From positions 88,226,001 through 88,290,000 of the forward strand of contig OZ024741.1 in assembly GCA_964016885.1 (NCBI GenBank): a DNA stretch of 64,000 nucleotides. Reading direction: 5' to 3'. Positions 11,825 through 24,417 of this stretch are shown here, piece after piece. The translations under genes were made by a program, and so were the position numbers. Source of the DNA: Eledone cirrhosa. Its lineage: Eukaryota. Position 1 is the first letter of the stretch. Every line of letters begins with the position of its first letter. The notes beneath the pieces are model-generated. The model was not told the origin of the DNA and did not search any database. It saw only the letters and a program-made list of their open reading frames with translations.

Positions 11825-12321
11825 GTAAGTTGTGTTTTATAATTAATTGAAGAATTCTGTTCTATTTACTTCAATTTTGATATTTTCTTTTATTCAGCAT
11901 TGTTACTTTCTGTAAACTGGTTGCTGAGAGGAATGGCATCCAACCATAGAAAATCTGCCAAACAAAGGGTTAAGAAGATTTTTCAACTATGCCAAAGACA
12001 TGACAACATCCTTAGTGTTGATACCATGAGAAAATGCACTTGGTAGAGTATGGAAGCATATGTCGGGCTCTGTTTGAATACTGATCGGTCTACAACTACA
12101 GATGTTAAACAATGATGATGATTAATAAATTTTTTACTAAGGTGGTGAAGTGGCAAAGTAGTAAGAATTTTGGATAGAATGCTTTGAGCTCTGAGTTAAA
12201 ATCATAATAATAATGATAATAATGAAATTATTGTGTAAAGTGCTCAGGTGCACTACAACTCGTCAAAGGTGCATGTATAGTACATAGAATAATATACAAA
12301 TGTCAGGGAAGTGAATAGTGT

Positions 12322-12630
12322 ATCATCATCATCATCATCGTTTAACGTCCATCTTCCACGCTTGCATGGGTTTGGACGGGAGTTTTTCCACTTGAGGCAA
12401 GATTGGTTGTCCTGCTCATATAGGACTGTCTGGCGGGTTTTCTACGGCTGGATGCCTTTCCTAACACCAATCACGTTTACAGTGTGGACTGGGAGGTTTT
12501 TACTGTGTTACCTACACGGCCACATAACAGTGTGGACTGTTTGTTTTTTTGTTGTGACACCTACACGTCTGGCGGGTTTTCTACGGCTGGGTGCCCTTCC
12601 CAACACCAACCACGTTTACAGTGTGTACTG
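12322..12630 (-). mobile_element. RTE 3' tail fragment (or RTE-tailed SINE)
   Basis: (CAT)n-CGTTTAACGTCC...GGATGCCTTTCCTAACACC, the reverse complement of the RTE 3' UTR seen elsewhere. Confidence 0.8.
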
Positions 12631-12669
12631 GTGTATGAGTCATGATATACATGTGTGTATGTGTGTGGA

Positions 12670-12805
12670 GGGGGAACATTAGGTGTAGTGTTGGCGAAAC
12701 TCGGGGAAGCATAGAGGTTTTAAAGGATGCAGTGTCTCGACAGCTAACAACTGATGCAGGTAGTTTGTTTCATGCTTCAGCAACACTGAGCGTGAAAAAA
12801 TGCTT
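12670..12805 (-). mobile_element. CR1-like LINE ORF2 C-terminal fragment
   Basis: Minus strand reads HFFTLSVAEA*NKLPASVVSCRDTASFK, resembling CR1 FF..RV..WN.LP..VV....FK. Confidence 0.6.
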
Positions 12806-14611
12806 TGCCATTCATCCTTTCAAGGTCAATAAAGTACTATTCTGGTACTAGGGTCAATTCTTCCTCTATATCTCTTTATAACTTCCCTTCCCTTTCTCAC
12901 GCTCTCTTTTCGTAGAAGAATTTAGCTCTGTTCAGACCTGGAGAGTGAGGGGCTCTACTAGGTTTAAATACCTGACACTATGTCATAACAGCAGTCCTAC
13001 AACTGCATAAGGAGTTATGGGCCTATGGTTGGATATCTTGGGCTATATTATTCAATGTGTCTTTTCCTTTTTAAGTTGTTAGGACAAGGTTTGGAATAGA
13101 TTTGGCTATTATTTCTAGCAAGCCAGTTAAGGATCACTTCTATTTACAGGTCTCTACAAGAACTACCGTATATACTTAAATATATGCCAATCTGAATATA
13201 AGCTGACTCCCTTTTTGTGTTTGACATATAGGCAAAAATCTAAATCCCTTGTATAAACTGAAACAGCTAATTAAGACATTGTGTTTAGAAAGAACGGTTT
13301 TGAATGAGTGAAGAATATATTTATGAAGTATTAATATTTTGATATTTAAAATGTTTCAAGTTGTTGTTTCCCAACTGCGTTATATAGTGATTTTTTTCTT
13401 ACCAATTTTCAACTGTTTTAAAGGCCATATGCATCCAAAGCACATCAAAAACAATAGAAAAAATAAATTTTACCTCCAATGTGAAAATATTTTAGCATCT
13501 CATTTACATAGAATTTGAAGTTTGGAAAATCAGCAAAATATAGATCTTAAATATAAGCCGACCCCATTTTACCATTGTTTTCTTTCATTTTTGTCATATT
13601 TCTCAATTTATATATGGTAATCAGTAGCCTCTTGTTATAAATAATTTCACTATGATTATGTGCAAACACCTTATCATTTACCAACTATTCAACATTTTAA
13701 ACTGCTACTTTTTAGTTTAATGACAATCTAAAGTAATAGTGCCATGATAAAATGCACCTAGTAAACTCCTTTAAAATAGCTGGTGATAAGAAAGGTGTCT
13801 AGCCTTAAAAATTATGCCAAAACAGAATGAGACATGAACCCTAACCTGTACTGATTATTTTAATGTGTAGTTCTAAATATAATTTTATACAGCAACTTTA
13901 CATTTTTTTGTGTAATACTGCATGTGTTTACGTGGTAAATGATGGTTAAAACACTCCTAAAATGTTTAAGATAGCTAATGCTTCTCAGACTCAGAGAATA
14001 TCAAATACTAGGTCATGGCTCCTGCTTCAAAGATTTGTGTAGTGCTAAAATTTCCTTAAAATAAATCCTGCCAACCCATCTGATAACTCAGAATAACAAC
14101 CCATGTTAGTATGTATATCCATGCTGACATGGGTTGGACAGGTCATCATGGTCAGCAGCATCTTATACACGTGACAAGAAAACCAGCCAACCTCCCTCAG
14201 TGTTATACATGTCTTACAGTTTGGACTGGGTGCATTTTATCATGTCACCACCACTAGAGAGATTGCCGCATGCAAGAAGGACTAAAGCATCCTTTCTATA
14301 GCATCATCACCATTTCACTTCCATTTCTCCATGCTAGCATGGATTAGACAAATTGTCCTGTTGTGGGCAATGCTAGGTCAGGTGACCATGTCTTGCACAT
14401 ACAGAACTGATTTTGGCTTCGTTTTTACAGCTGGATGCCCTTCCTAATGCCAACCTCATTTACAGAGAGTACTGGGTGCTTTTTGTCGTATATATATATA
14501 GAAATGTATGATAAAGTTACATGTGTGTATACAAAGTGGGTAACCAAGTCTGCACCAATCTGTATATAAATAAACACATATTTAATATGTAGGCACATAC
14601 AGCATCATTAT

Positions 14612-16471
14612 CATCATTAACTGTTACAAGGGTAAAGGAGATGCCCTAGATAGGAGTAACTATAGAGGCATTAAATTAATCGACCAGATCATGAAGGTCA
14701 CGGAAAAAGTAATAGCGCAACTAATCAGAGAGAGAATTGATCTAGATGAAATGCAGTTCAGTTTTGTGTCAGGCAAAAGTACCACAGACGCTCTTTTCAT
14801 TGTACGACAACTACAGGAGAAGTACCTAGCTAAAAGTAAACCCCTATACTTAGCTTTTGTTGACTTGGGGAAAGCCTTCGACAGAGTCCCCCGTTCCATT
14901 ATCTGGTGAGCTCTTAGAAAACTAAGTGTTGACGAATGGCTTGTGAGAGCTATATAAGCCATGTATAAAGAAACAGTCGGCAAGGTTAGAATTAACAACA
15001 AATATAGTGAAGAGTTTAGTGTAAAAGTTAGTGTTCATCAGGGCTCTGTTCTTAGCCCCCTACTATTTATTATTGCCCTTCAGGCTATAACAGTGGAGTT
15101 CAAGACCGGCTGCCCATGGGAACTCCTATACGCAGATGATCTAACGCTCATAGCTGAATCAATGGCCGAGCTAGAGAAGAAATTCCAAACATGGAAGCAC
15201 GGCCTAGAATCAAAAGGCCTTAAAATTAACCTGGCTAAGACTAAAGTTTTAGTTTGTAGGAAAGAAAATAAGGCGGCGGTCCCTTCCGGGAAATGGCCAT
15301 GCTCAGTGTGTAGGAAAGGCGTAGGTAGAAACTCCATTTTATGTCCCAAATGCAAAGTATGGGTGCATAAAAGATGTAGTGGGATCACAGGTAAGCTAAC
15401 TAAGAACATAGATTTTACATGTGGCCGGTGCTCTGGTGCAATAAGTAGCAGCAAGTGCCCACAAAATACTAGCTCTTTCAATTGCGCAGAGGGTTCTATA
15501 GAAATAGTGGACAGCTTCCGTGACCTGGGTGACAAAATCAGCAGTGGGGGAGGGTGCTCTGAAAGTACAGTAGCTAGAGTCAGAACTGGATGGAAAAAGT
15601 TCAGAGCTTATACCACTATTAGCCGCTAAAGGGTTCTCCCTAAAAATGAAAGGCAGGTTGTATGATGCCTGCATACGAACAGCAATGTTGCATGGCAGTG
15701 AGACCTGGGCATTGTGTGCAGAGGATATACGCAGACTAGAGAGGAACGAAGCTTGTATGCTCCGCTGGATGTGTAATAGTAATATACGTGAACGGCAAAG
15801 CATAAACGAACTAAGGAAAAAATTAGAAATAAAAGGGATCAGATGTTGTTTACTCGAGAGAAGGCTACTTTGGTATGGACACGTGATGCGCATGAAAGAC
15901 GACAGCTGTATAACAAAGTGCAGGGCAATAAAGATAGACGGTAGCCACGGAATAGGCAGACCCAGAAAAACCTGGGACGAGCTGATAAATTCCGACCTCA
16001 CACACTTACACCTCTCCAAGACAATGTCACTGGACCGAGACCTTTGGCGGTACTCAGTAATAGAGAAGACCCGCTTTACCTAAATACAAAGTAACACCTA
16101 CTACAGTCAGTAGGCATCTCTAACAAAATACACCCCGTCCCACTACCCCCACCCCATCCACACCGCCCCTTTCAATGTAAAGTTATGTTGGTGCCACAAC
16201 ATCCAGGCCGAAACAAATGAGATCGTGTAGGTGTCACGACAAAAAAAACACACAGTCCACGCTGTAATGTGGCCGTGTAGGCAACACGGTAAAAACCTCC
16301 CAGCCCCACACTGTAAATGTGGTTGGTGTTAGGAAGGGCATCCAACTGTAGAAAACCCGCCAGACAGTCCTATGCGAGCAAGACAATCACTCTTGCCTCA
16401 AGTGGGAAAACTCCCGTCCAAACCCATGCAAGCGTGGAACACGGACGTTAAACGATGATGATGATGATGAT
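14612..16471 (+). mobile_element. 5'-truncated, decayed RTE LINE (family A)
   Basis: RT with YADD, PHD insert and C-terminus broken by a stop and a frameshift; 3' UTR and (GAT)n tail. Confidence 0.95.
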
Positions 16472-16974
16472 ACACATGCCAGAAAATCCAAACTTCCTTG
16501 TAAATTGAAAAAATGATAAACACCTTTAATCGATGTCCGGACCTGATTGGGCCCTCATCCAAACAACCACAAAGGAACGTTATTTTACAATTTACAGGGA
16601 AATTCGTATTTTCTGGTCTGTTTACAAGCCTACATATTAAAAATATGTATAATTATATACATATTAGTGCAATCTGTTACCCACTCTGTGTATATATGTA
16701 CACACACACACACACACACACACTCTTAATGCCTTGTGATTACCAATTTTTAAACTAGCTACACTTTATCCCTACATGTCATTAGAGGTGATTAGAAAAT
16801 TTAGCAAAATATTCTCAAAGCATCCAGTCCAACTCATACCAGCATGGAAAAGGGGACATAAAAATGATGATGATGATGATGATGGTCATATGTCATATAT
16901 ACACCAGACACACACACATATACAACACTGGCTGCATGAATTCTTATTCATATTTATATTCTTATTCATATTTA

Positions 16975-17950
16975 CTCTCTCTCTCTCTCTCTCTTAGCTA
17001 CACACACACACATATATATATATAAGATAAATTCCCGTTCATGTTTATTCACTTTCGCCAAACAATTGCTGCTTCAACTACCCCTACTACGGTGTAACCA
17101 TGTAATCGTAACGTTCACGTTTTTCCTATCTACTCCACACACCACAATTTCGTACATAGTTCAAACATCCAATCTCGCAAAATCCGAAATCTGTATTTTT
17201 TGTTATTTATTAAGGTTTAAATACGGTGTTTTTGTCGTATTGAACAGAACAAATCTTGCAGTTTTGCTTTTTGTTACTCGCTGTTAAACATTCATAACCT
17301 TCCAGCTCCTCAATTCCTTAATTCTATCGTATTCTCCAATTCCTTAAATTCCTTAATTCCATCGTATTCCCAAACAAAAAACAAAATCCTTCCCATTCTT
17401 AATTCTATCGTATCCTCCAATTCCCTAATTCTATCGTATTCTCAAACAAAAAAAAAGAAACAAAACAAAATCCTTCCCATTCTACTTCTTATAATTTACT
17501 TTAAATATATATATCATGCTACCTCGAAAGTCAAAAATCCCGCTCATACACCCTTCACCCACCATCTTCTTCACGAGGGGTTGCGGTCAGCCACTCTCTC
17601 TCTCTCTCTCCCCCTTCCCACTCTCTCTCTCTCTCTCTTAGCTACACACACACACATATATATATATAAGATAAATTCCCGTTCATGTTTATTCACTTTC
17701 GCCAAACAATTGCTGCTTCAACTACCCCTACTACGGTGTAACCATGTAATCGTAACGTTCACGTTTTTCCTATCTACTCCACACACCACAATTTCGTACA
17801 TAGTCCAAACATCCAATCTCGCAAAATCCGAAATCTGTATTTTTTTTATTTATTAAGGTTTAAATACGGTGTTTTTGTCGTATTGAACAGAACAAATCTT
17901 GCAGTTTTGCTTTTTGCTACTCGCTGTTAAACATTCATAACCTTCCAGCT
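16975..17950. repeat. Two ~330-bp near-identical direct repeats (about 16975-17306 and 17620-17950)
   Basis: CTCTTAGCTACACAC...ATAAATTCCCGTTCATG...CATAACCTTCCAGCT occurs twice; spacer has TAATTCTATCGTATT repeats. Confidence 0.9.
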
Positions 17951-18140
17951 AGCTACCCCACATCCCTCCCACCCGCCCCCACACACCACCATTCTTAATA
18001 CGTGGACCAATCATAAGCCAGAGACCCCCCCCCCACACGCATCACCATTATTATTATAAGCCAGAGACCCCCCCCCCCACACGCATCACCATTATTATTA
18101 TTACGCGGACCAATCATAAGCCAGAGGCCTATACTATCGC

Positions 18141-21100
18141 TTGCACGGTTGCCTTCGATATATGATGGATGGATGGATGGATGGATGGACGGACTACGGA
18201 ATCCTGGAGAGTGGAAGGGAGAGAAAAATCTGGACGCTCAGAGCGAAAATGCCAATGCTAAAGTCAAATTCACCTCGTGGACGAGAATGCGAGCACTCCT
18301 CTTTGTTTCGCCCGCGGATGGCTAACATAACCCCATCTCCCCCCGCCCCCCACCACCCCCACCCTCCAAACGCGATCCAAAACTTCAGAGTTGGTACCAT
18401 AAATGTAGGCACCCTAAAGGGTCGCGCTAACGAGGTTGTAGAAATGCTTGAACGTAAGGAGGTCGATGATTGTTGTATTCAAGAGACCAGGTGGAGGGGT
18501 GGGTCTGCTAGATTCATTGAGGGTAAAAAACGATGTTATAAGCTTTTCTGGGTGGGAAACGACGATGGGCTGGGTGGAGTAGGAATCATGGTAGCAGAAA
18601 AGTGGGCAGATAAGATAATAGACGTAAATAGAGTGAACGACAGAATAATTAAAATACGACTTGTCCTCAATAGAACTACGGTGACAGTAATATCTGCGTA
18701 CGCACCCCAATCCGGACTGCCCGGCACTATAAAAGACAGATTCTATGAGACACTGATGCTCACTACCTCCCAAATATCTGACAGTGACTATATAATTATT
18801 GCAGGCGACCTAAATGGTCACGTTGGGCAACATTGTGACGGCTACGACGAAATCCATGGAGGCTATGGGTTTGGTACTAGAAATGAGGAAGGCTCCAGAA
18901 TCCTGGAATTCTGTGATGCAAATAACCTAACTATCTGTAACACTAACTTCAAAAAACGTGACAATCACCTGATCACCTATAGATCCGGGGAACACACAAG
19001 CCAGGTAGATTATATCCTTACCAGAAGACGTGACAGAGTGTCTGTTGTAAACACTAAATCCCTCCCCCATGAAGAATGCACCTCCCAACATAGACTGATA
19101 ATTAGCGACCTCATAGTCAGGACGAGACGTACTCGACAGCAGAAGAGGACTATCCTCAGGAGAAAAATATGGAAGCTAAAGGACCCCACAGCCAAAAATA
19201 AATTTCAAAACATATTACTTGATGCTTTCGACAGTAAGGAAGAACATTTAGAGTCGGACAATATAGAGGGACAGTGGGAATTTCTGAAAGCAAACCTGCT
19301 GTTGGCGACAGACGAAGTCTGTGGCTGGAGCAGGCCTGTAGGCAGGAGGAGAGTAACATGGTGGTGGAACAGTAAGGTGGAGGGGTCAATTAAGGCCAAA
19401 AAGCAGGCTTGGAAAGTATGGCGGGATGGGGGAAGTAGAGTAGACTATCAAGTGGCCAGGAGGGAAGCTAGGAGAGAAGTGTACTTAGCAAGAAGGGAAG
19501 CCGAGGAAAGAAAGTTCAAGCATGTCCTACAACGCGATGACCAAAAACGTGAGGTGTTCAGGATTGCTAGGCAATGCGTCAAGGAAAGCCGTGATATTGT
19601 CGGGGAGAAGTGTGTACTTAACGATGATGGCATACTTGCCATCACCGACACTGATAAGAAGGTAGCTTGGAAGTGTCACTATGAAAGGCTACTAAATGAG
19701 GAGAATAAATGGGAGAAAGACAGTCTCCCCCATGTCGACCCAATAGAGGGACCAGCAGTGTTAGTCGAGGGGAGTATAATAAGTAAGGCAATCAAGGATA
19801 TGAAGACAGGTAAGGCGGCTGGGCCTTCGGAAATAGTTGCTGAGATGCTGAAGGCATCTGGCACGGTGGGACACACCATGGTCACCCGCATAGTTAACCA
19901 AGTCGTACAGAATGGGGTTGTTCCGAAGGACTGGCATAGCAGCATCATCGTTAACTGTTATAAGGGTAAAGGAGACGCCCTAGATAGGAGTAACTATAGA
20001 GGCATTAAATTAATCGACCAGGTCATGAAGGTCACGGAAAAAGTAATAGCGCAACTAATCAGAGAGAGAATTGACCTAGATGAAATGCAGTTCGGGTTTG
20101 TGTCAGGCAAAAGTACCACAGACGCTCTTTTCATAGTACGACAACTACAGGAGAAGTTCCTAGCTAAAGGTAAACCCCTCTACTTAGCTTTTGTCGGCCT
20201 GGAGAAAGCCTTCGACAGAGTCCCCCGCTCCATTATCTGGTGGGCTCTTAGAAAACTAGGCGTTGACGAATGGCTTGTGAGGGCCATACAAGCCATGTAT
20301 AAAGAAACAGTCAGCAAGGTTAGAATTAACAACGAATATAGTGAAGAGTTTAGCGTAAAAGTTGGCGTCCATCAGGGCTCTGTTCTCAGCCCCCTACTAT
20401 TTATTATTGCCCTTCAGGCTATAACAGAGGAGTTCAAGACAGGCTGCCCATGGGAACTCCTATACGCAGACGACCTGACACTCATAGCGGAATCAATGGC
20501 CGAGCTAGAGAAGAAATTCCAAACATGGAAGCACGGCCTAGAGTCAAAAGGACTTAAAATTAACCTGGCTAAGACCAAAGTTCTAGTTTGTAGGAAAGAA
20601 AACAAGGCAGCGGTCCCTTCTGGGAAATGGTCGTGCTCGGTGTGTAGGAAAGGCGTAGGTAGAAACTCCATTTTATGTCCTAAATGCAAAGTATGGGTGC
20701 ATAAAAGATGTAGTGGGATCACAGGTAAGCTAACTAAGAACATAGATTTTACATGTGGCCGGTGTTCTGGTGCAATAAGTAGCAGCAAGTGCCCACAAAA
20801 TACTAGCTCTTTCAATTGCGCAGAGGGTTCTATAGAAATAGTGGACAGCTTCCGTTACCTGGGCGATAAAATCAGCAGTGGGGGAGGGTGTTCTGAAAGT
20901 ACTGTAGCTAGAGTCAGAACTGGTTGGAAAAAGTTCAGAGAACTTATACCACTATTAGCTGCTAAAGGGTTCTCCCTAAAAATGAAAGGCAGGTTGTACG
21001 ATGCCTGCATACGAACAGCAATGTTGCATGGCAGTGAGACCTGGGCATTGTGTGCAGAGGATATACGCAGACTAGAGACGAACGAAGCTTGCATGCTCCG

Positions 21101-21431
21101 CTGGATGTGTAACAGTAATATACGTGAACGGCAAAGCATAAACGAACTAAGGAAAAAATTAGAGATAAGAGGGATCAGATGTTGTTTACTCGAGAGAAGG
21201 CTACGTTGGTATGGACACGTGATGCGCATGAAAGACGATAGCTGTATAACAAAGTGCAGGGCAATAAAGATAGACGGTAGCCACGGAATAGGCAGACCTA
21301 GAAAAACCTGGGACGAGCTAATAAACTCCGACCTCACACACTTACACCTCTCCAAGACAATGTCACTGGACCGAGACCTTTGGCGGTACTCAGTAACAGA
21401 GAAGACCCGCCTTGCCAGTAGGCATCTCTAA
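18141..21431 (+). CDS. RTE polyprotein: AP endonuclease + RT + PHD finger; true start probably ATG 18249 or 18318
   Basis: GTINVG, CIQETRW, AYAPQ, GDLNGHVG, QGSVLSP, YADD, YLG; motif A reads FVGLEKAFD. Confidence 0.9.
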   Translation: MHGCLRYMMDGWMDGWTDYGILESGRERKIWTLRAKMPMLKSNSPRGRECEHSSLFRPRMANITPSPPAPHHPHPPNAIQNFRVGTINVGTLKGRANEVVEMLERKEVDDCCIQETRWRGGSARFIEGKKRCYKLFWVGNDDGLGGVGIMVAEKWADKIIDVNRVNDRIIKIRLVLNRTTVTVISAYAPQSGLPGTIKDRFYETLMLTTSQISDSDYIIIAGDLNGHVGQHCDGYDEIHGGYGFGTRNEEGSRILEFCDANNLTICNTNFKKRDNHLITYRSGEHTSQVDYILTRRRDRVSVVNTKSLPHEECTSQHRLIISDLIVRTRRTRQQKRTILRRKIWKLKDPTAKNKFQNILLDAFDSKEEHLESDNIEGQWEFLKANLLLATDEVCGWSRPVGRRRVTWWWNSKVEGSIKAKKQAWKVWRDGGSRVDYQVARREARREVYLARREAEERKFKHVLQRDDQKREVFRIARQCVKESRDIVGEKCVLNDDGILAITDTDKKVAWKCHYERLLNEENKWEKDSLPHVDPIEGPAVLVEGSIISKAIKDMKTGKAAGPSEIVAEMLKASGTVGHTMVTRIVNQVVQNGVVPKDWHSSIIVNCYKGKGDALDRSNYRGIKLIDQVMKVTEKVIAQLIRERIDLDEMQFGFVSGKSTTDALFIVRQLQEKFLAKGKPLYLAFVGLEKAFDRVPRSIIWWALRKLGVDEWLVRAIQAMYKETVSKVRINNEYSEEFSVKVGVHQGSVLSPLLFIIALQAITEEFKTGCPWELLYADDLTLIAESMAELEKKFQTWKHGLESKGLKINLAKTKVLVCRKENKAAVPSGKWSCSVCRKGVGRNSILCPKCKVWVHKRCSGITGKLTKNIDFTCGRCSGAISSSKCPQNTSSFNCAEGSIEIVDSFRYLGDKISSGGGCSESTVARVRTGWKKFRELIPLLAAKGFSLKMKGRLYDACIRTAMLHGSETWALCAEDIRRLETNEACMLRWMCNSNIRERQSINELRKKLEIRGIRCCLLERRLRWYGHVMRMKDDSCITKCRAIKIDGSHGIGRPRKTWDELINSDLTHLHLSKTMSLDRDLWRYSVTEKTRLASRHL

Positions 21432-21780
21432 CAAAATACACCCCGTCCCGCCACCACCCCCACCCATCCACACCACCCCGTCCTATGTAAAGTTATGTTG
21501 GTGCCGCGCCATCCAGGCCGAAACAAATGAGATTGTGTAGGTGTCACGACAAAAAAACACACAGTCCACGCTGTAATGTGGCCGTGTAGGCAACACGGTA
21601 AAAACCTCCCAGACCCACACTGTAAATGTGGTTGGTGTTAGGAAGGGCATCCAACTGTAGAAAACCTGCCAGACAGTCCTATGCGAGCAAAACAATCACT
21701 CTTGCCTCAAGTGGGACTACCCCCGTCCAAACCCATGCAAGCGTGGAACACGGACGTTAAACGTTGATGATGATGATGAT
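18161..21780 (+). mobile_element. Full-length RTE-clade LINE (family A)
   Basis: Single APE-RT ORF, ~350-bp 3' UTR and (GAT)n tail; begins with (GGAT)n. Confidence 0.95.
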
Positions 21781-22115
21781 TGTCCTAAGCATGTAGTTTT
21801 CAATGCAGCTTGCAGAGTCCACTTCTTGTATATTTCGTTTGTATACATACCAGCATTGTACTTATGTACTGGACCCACAAATCCTCAATTCAAAAAATAT
21901 GCTATATCATATATTTATGATTTTTCATATAATATGACAACCACCCTAGTGCTGGTGTCATGACAAAGTTTACCCAATACACTCTGTAGAGTACAGAACG
22001 TTTGTAAGTAAGATGGATTCTCTTGCCTGTCTGAGAGATCAGCTGCTCTGACTGAGTACTGACTTGTTCTGTGATGACCCATCCGACCCTTGCTAACAGT
22101 GAAAACATACTTTAA

Positions 22116-22323
22116 CTTTTTAGCATTTAAACCGGCTCTATCAAGCTCAAATTCTCTCACCTCTTTCTGTTCAAACCAGCCATAACTGGCCCCTCATACT
22201 GACATTAAGGTATTGTTCTCAAAATAAATAACATCAAAATCTCATAGATTCGATATCATGTGAGATAAAGTCTTTACCGTGAAAATACAATAGTAAATAT
22301 AGAGTAATGTAAATACTAAAGGG
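22116..22323. mobile_element. piggyBac-like MITE
   Basis: TTAA|CTTTTTAGCATTTA ... TAAATACTAAAGGG|TTAA. Confidence 0.6.
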
Positions 22324-22501
22324 TTAAATGATGATGATGAGATTAGTTGTAAAGAAGGTATACTGTATAACAATTTTATTCAATAAAATCCTGAAATAAA
22401 ATCAAGCCTTCTGAACTGCCTGATGATTTAACTGTGTAATTTAGTCTAACACTTCAACAACCTCACAGTCACATTGTGTTTTATTACTTTTCTCCTTTCA
22501 G

Positions 22502-22808
22502 AAATGGAATATACCCATTAACTGCCTTTGCATTACCTCGCCCCCCACCTTCACGCCCTCGTGCCATTACTCCTGAACTAGCTGAGTCTGTCAAGTCAGA
22601 GACTCCAGAACCTATGGATGTTGAAACACGGATGGTAACCAACATGGCATGTCAGATGCGTAAGCCAGATGAAAATTGCAACTTAAACTTAACTCTTCTG
22701 TTACGTATGGACGACAAAATGAACCGCCAGTTACAGTGTGAGATATCTCAAGAGGACAATGCTTCTACATTAGCTGAGGAGTTAGTGCATTATGGTTTTA
22801 TAAATGAG
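22502..22808 (+). CDS. NRBP1: NRBP exon (phase 2-0), C-terminal domain
   Basis: tttcag/gtaggt; NGIYPLTAFALPRP...TPEPMDVETR...LTLLLRMDDKMNRQL...LAEELVHYGFINE. Confidence 0.95.
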
Positions 22809-22862
22809 GTAGGTATACACTCCTTGTTGTCTTTCATCTCTCTGTCTCTCTCTATACATACA

Positions 22863-24406
22863 TCTATATATATAAAACTGAGGATGTCTGTCTGTGTGTG
22901 TGTGAGTTTGAATCCCTAAAACTCGAGAAGCACCCAACTGACTGTTTTCAAATTTTACACATGTAATACTTATGTTTCAGGGAGTGTTCTGAGCAAAAAA
23001 AAATTCAAATTTTCAATGCCCTAGGGACCGCATTAGGCGATTTAGCGATCTCTCTCTATAATTCTTAGTCTTTCTCTTTTTAGATAGATATAATGTCGTG
23101 CCCTTATAATATCTGTCTGTCTGTATGTCTGGCTGTCTGCATTACGTCACTTCCCACAATTCCCTCTTCGCCCAGAACGCGCTTTCATAATATGTCTGTA
23201 TGTCTGGCTGTCTGCATCGCACTCGGCGCGTCAATGTATGGCTGCTAAACGGACCCCGAACACATTCTGATTCATTCTAAAGGCTACCAGTGGAAGCAAC
23301 CGTAACACCCTCCAAATGTCAGAGAACGCAGTCAAAGTCACTATTAAGGGCTACAAGTGAACGCTCACATGGCCCTTTTTAGGGACACCACTTGAAATTG
23401 TTGATGGTTACCCCTCTTTACTGGGGTGTCAGTGAACGGCTTACAAGGTCCTTTTAAGGGCCCTTGAAATAACTGATGGCGTTTAGGGCTGCCAGTAAAC
23501 ACGCACACGCCTCGGGGCCCATTTTATTGTACCATTCCTCTTTAAATTTGTTAAATTATACCCACAGTTTGGTAAACGTTTGTCCAGTTGCGTTTACTTA
23601 CTAAGGTGCGGTGGACTCCTTCGAGAAGGTTCCACATACTGTACGATTGCATGTCATGCTTTGCTCAAGCATTGCAGACTTCCCTCTGACATAAGTAGTG
23701 ACATCTGTCCTGCTGACTCATGCCACTTTATTAAAGTACAAAGCACCAAGCCGATTTTCTCCACGTGGAGGGAGAAGCATACCTAATACTAATTGCATCA
23801 GAGCATTCGGTTTATTTTCTTTACATATTGTCCAGGCATGCAGTTTTTCCACGATTAGGTCTGTTGGCGGCCAGCGTTATGTTTCAGGGAGTGTTATGCA
23901 CATAAAAAATTCAACTTTTTGATCCCCTAATTAGGTGAAAAACTGCGTTTTTTTTTTTTCAGCTTTTTAGGGGTATTTTGAGGCGTTACATCAGACCGAT
24001 TTCCTGGAAACTGTAACTATGTATTAGTCAGTCTCTTCTACATACCGTGAGCAAAGAAAATCCAACTTTTTTATGACCTAGGGCCCGCATTAGATGAAAA
24101 ACTTCATTTATTCAGCTTTTTAGGGCTTTTTTTAGGCGTTACGTCTAGCCGATTTTCCCGAAGTTTCAAGACATATTATGAACATGAAAAGAATTCATTT
24201 TCTTGATCCCCTAGGGCCCGCATTAGGTGAAAACCTGCATTTTTCCTGCTTCAATGTGGAAAATCTTAAAGATTATCCAGCCATCAGAGTATTCGGTTTA
24301 TTTTCTTTACATATTGTTCAGGCATGCAGTTTTTCCACGATTAGGTCTGTTGGCGGCCTGCGTTCGAAAATACCTTATCCCGTGCAACACTGGGTACCAC
24401 TGCTAG
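22863..24406 (+). mobile_element. Non-autonomous Helitron
   Basis: A|TC 5' end (TCTATATATATAAAA then CTGT repeats), 3' hairpin CCCGTGCAACACTGGG and CTAG|T end; internal duplications (23796-23871 ~ 24281-24358). Confidence 0.8.
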
Positions 24407-24417
24407 TATATGTATGT

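Noticed and set aside
17040-17085. Hammerhead around AAACAATTG in the direct repeat
   Set aside because: No CTGANGA box or stem I on either strand
18200-18330. HDV-like ribozyme in the RTE 5' region (TTC-ACCTCGT-GGA)
   Set aside because: No convincing P1/P2 pairing found
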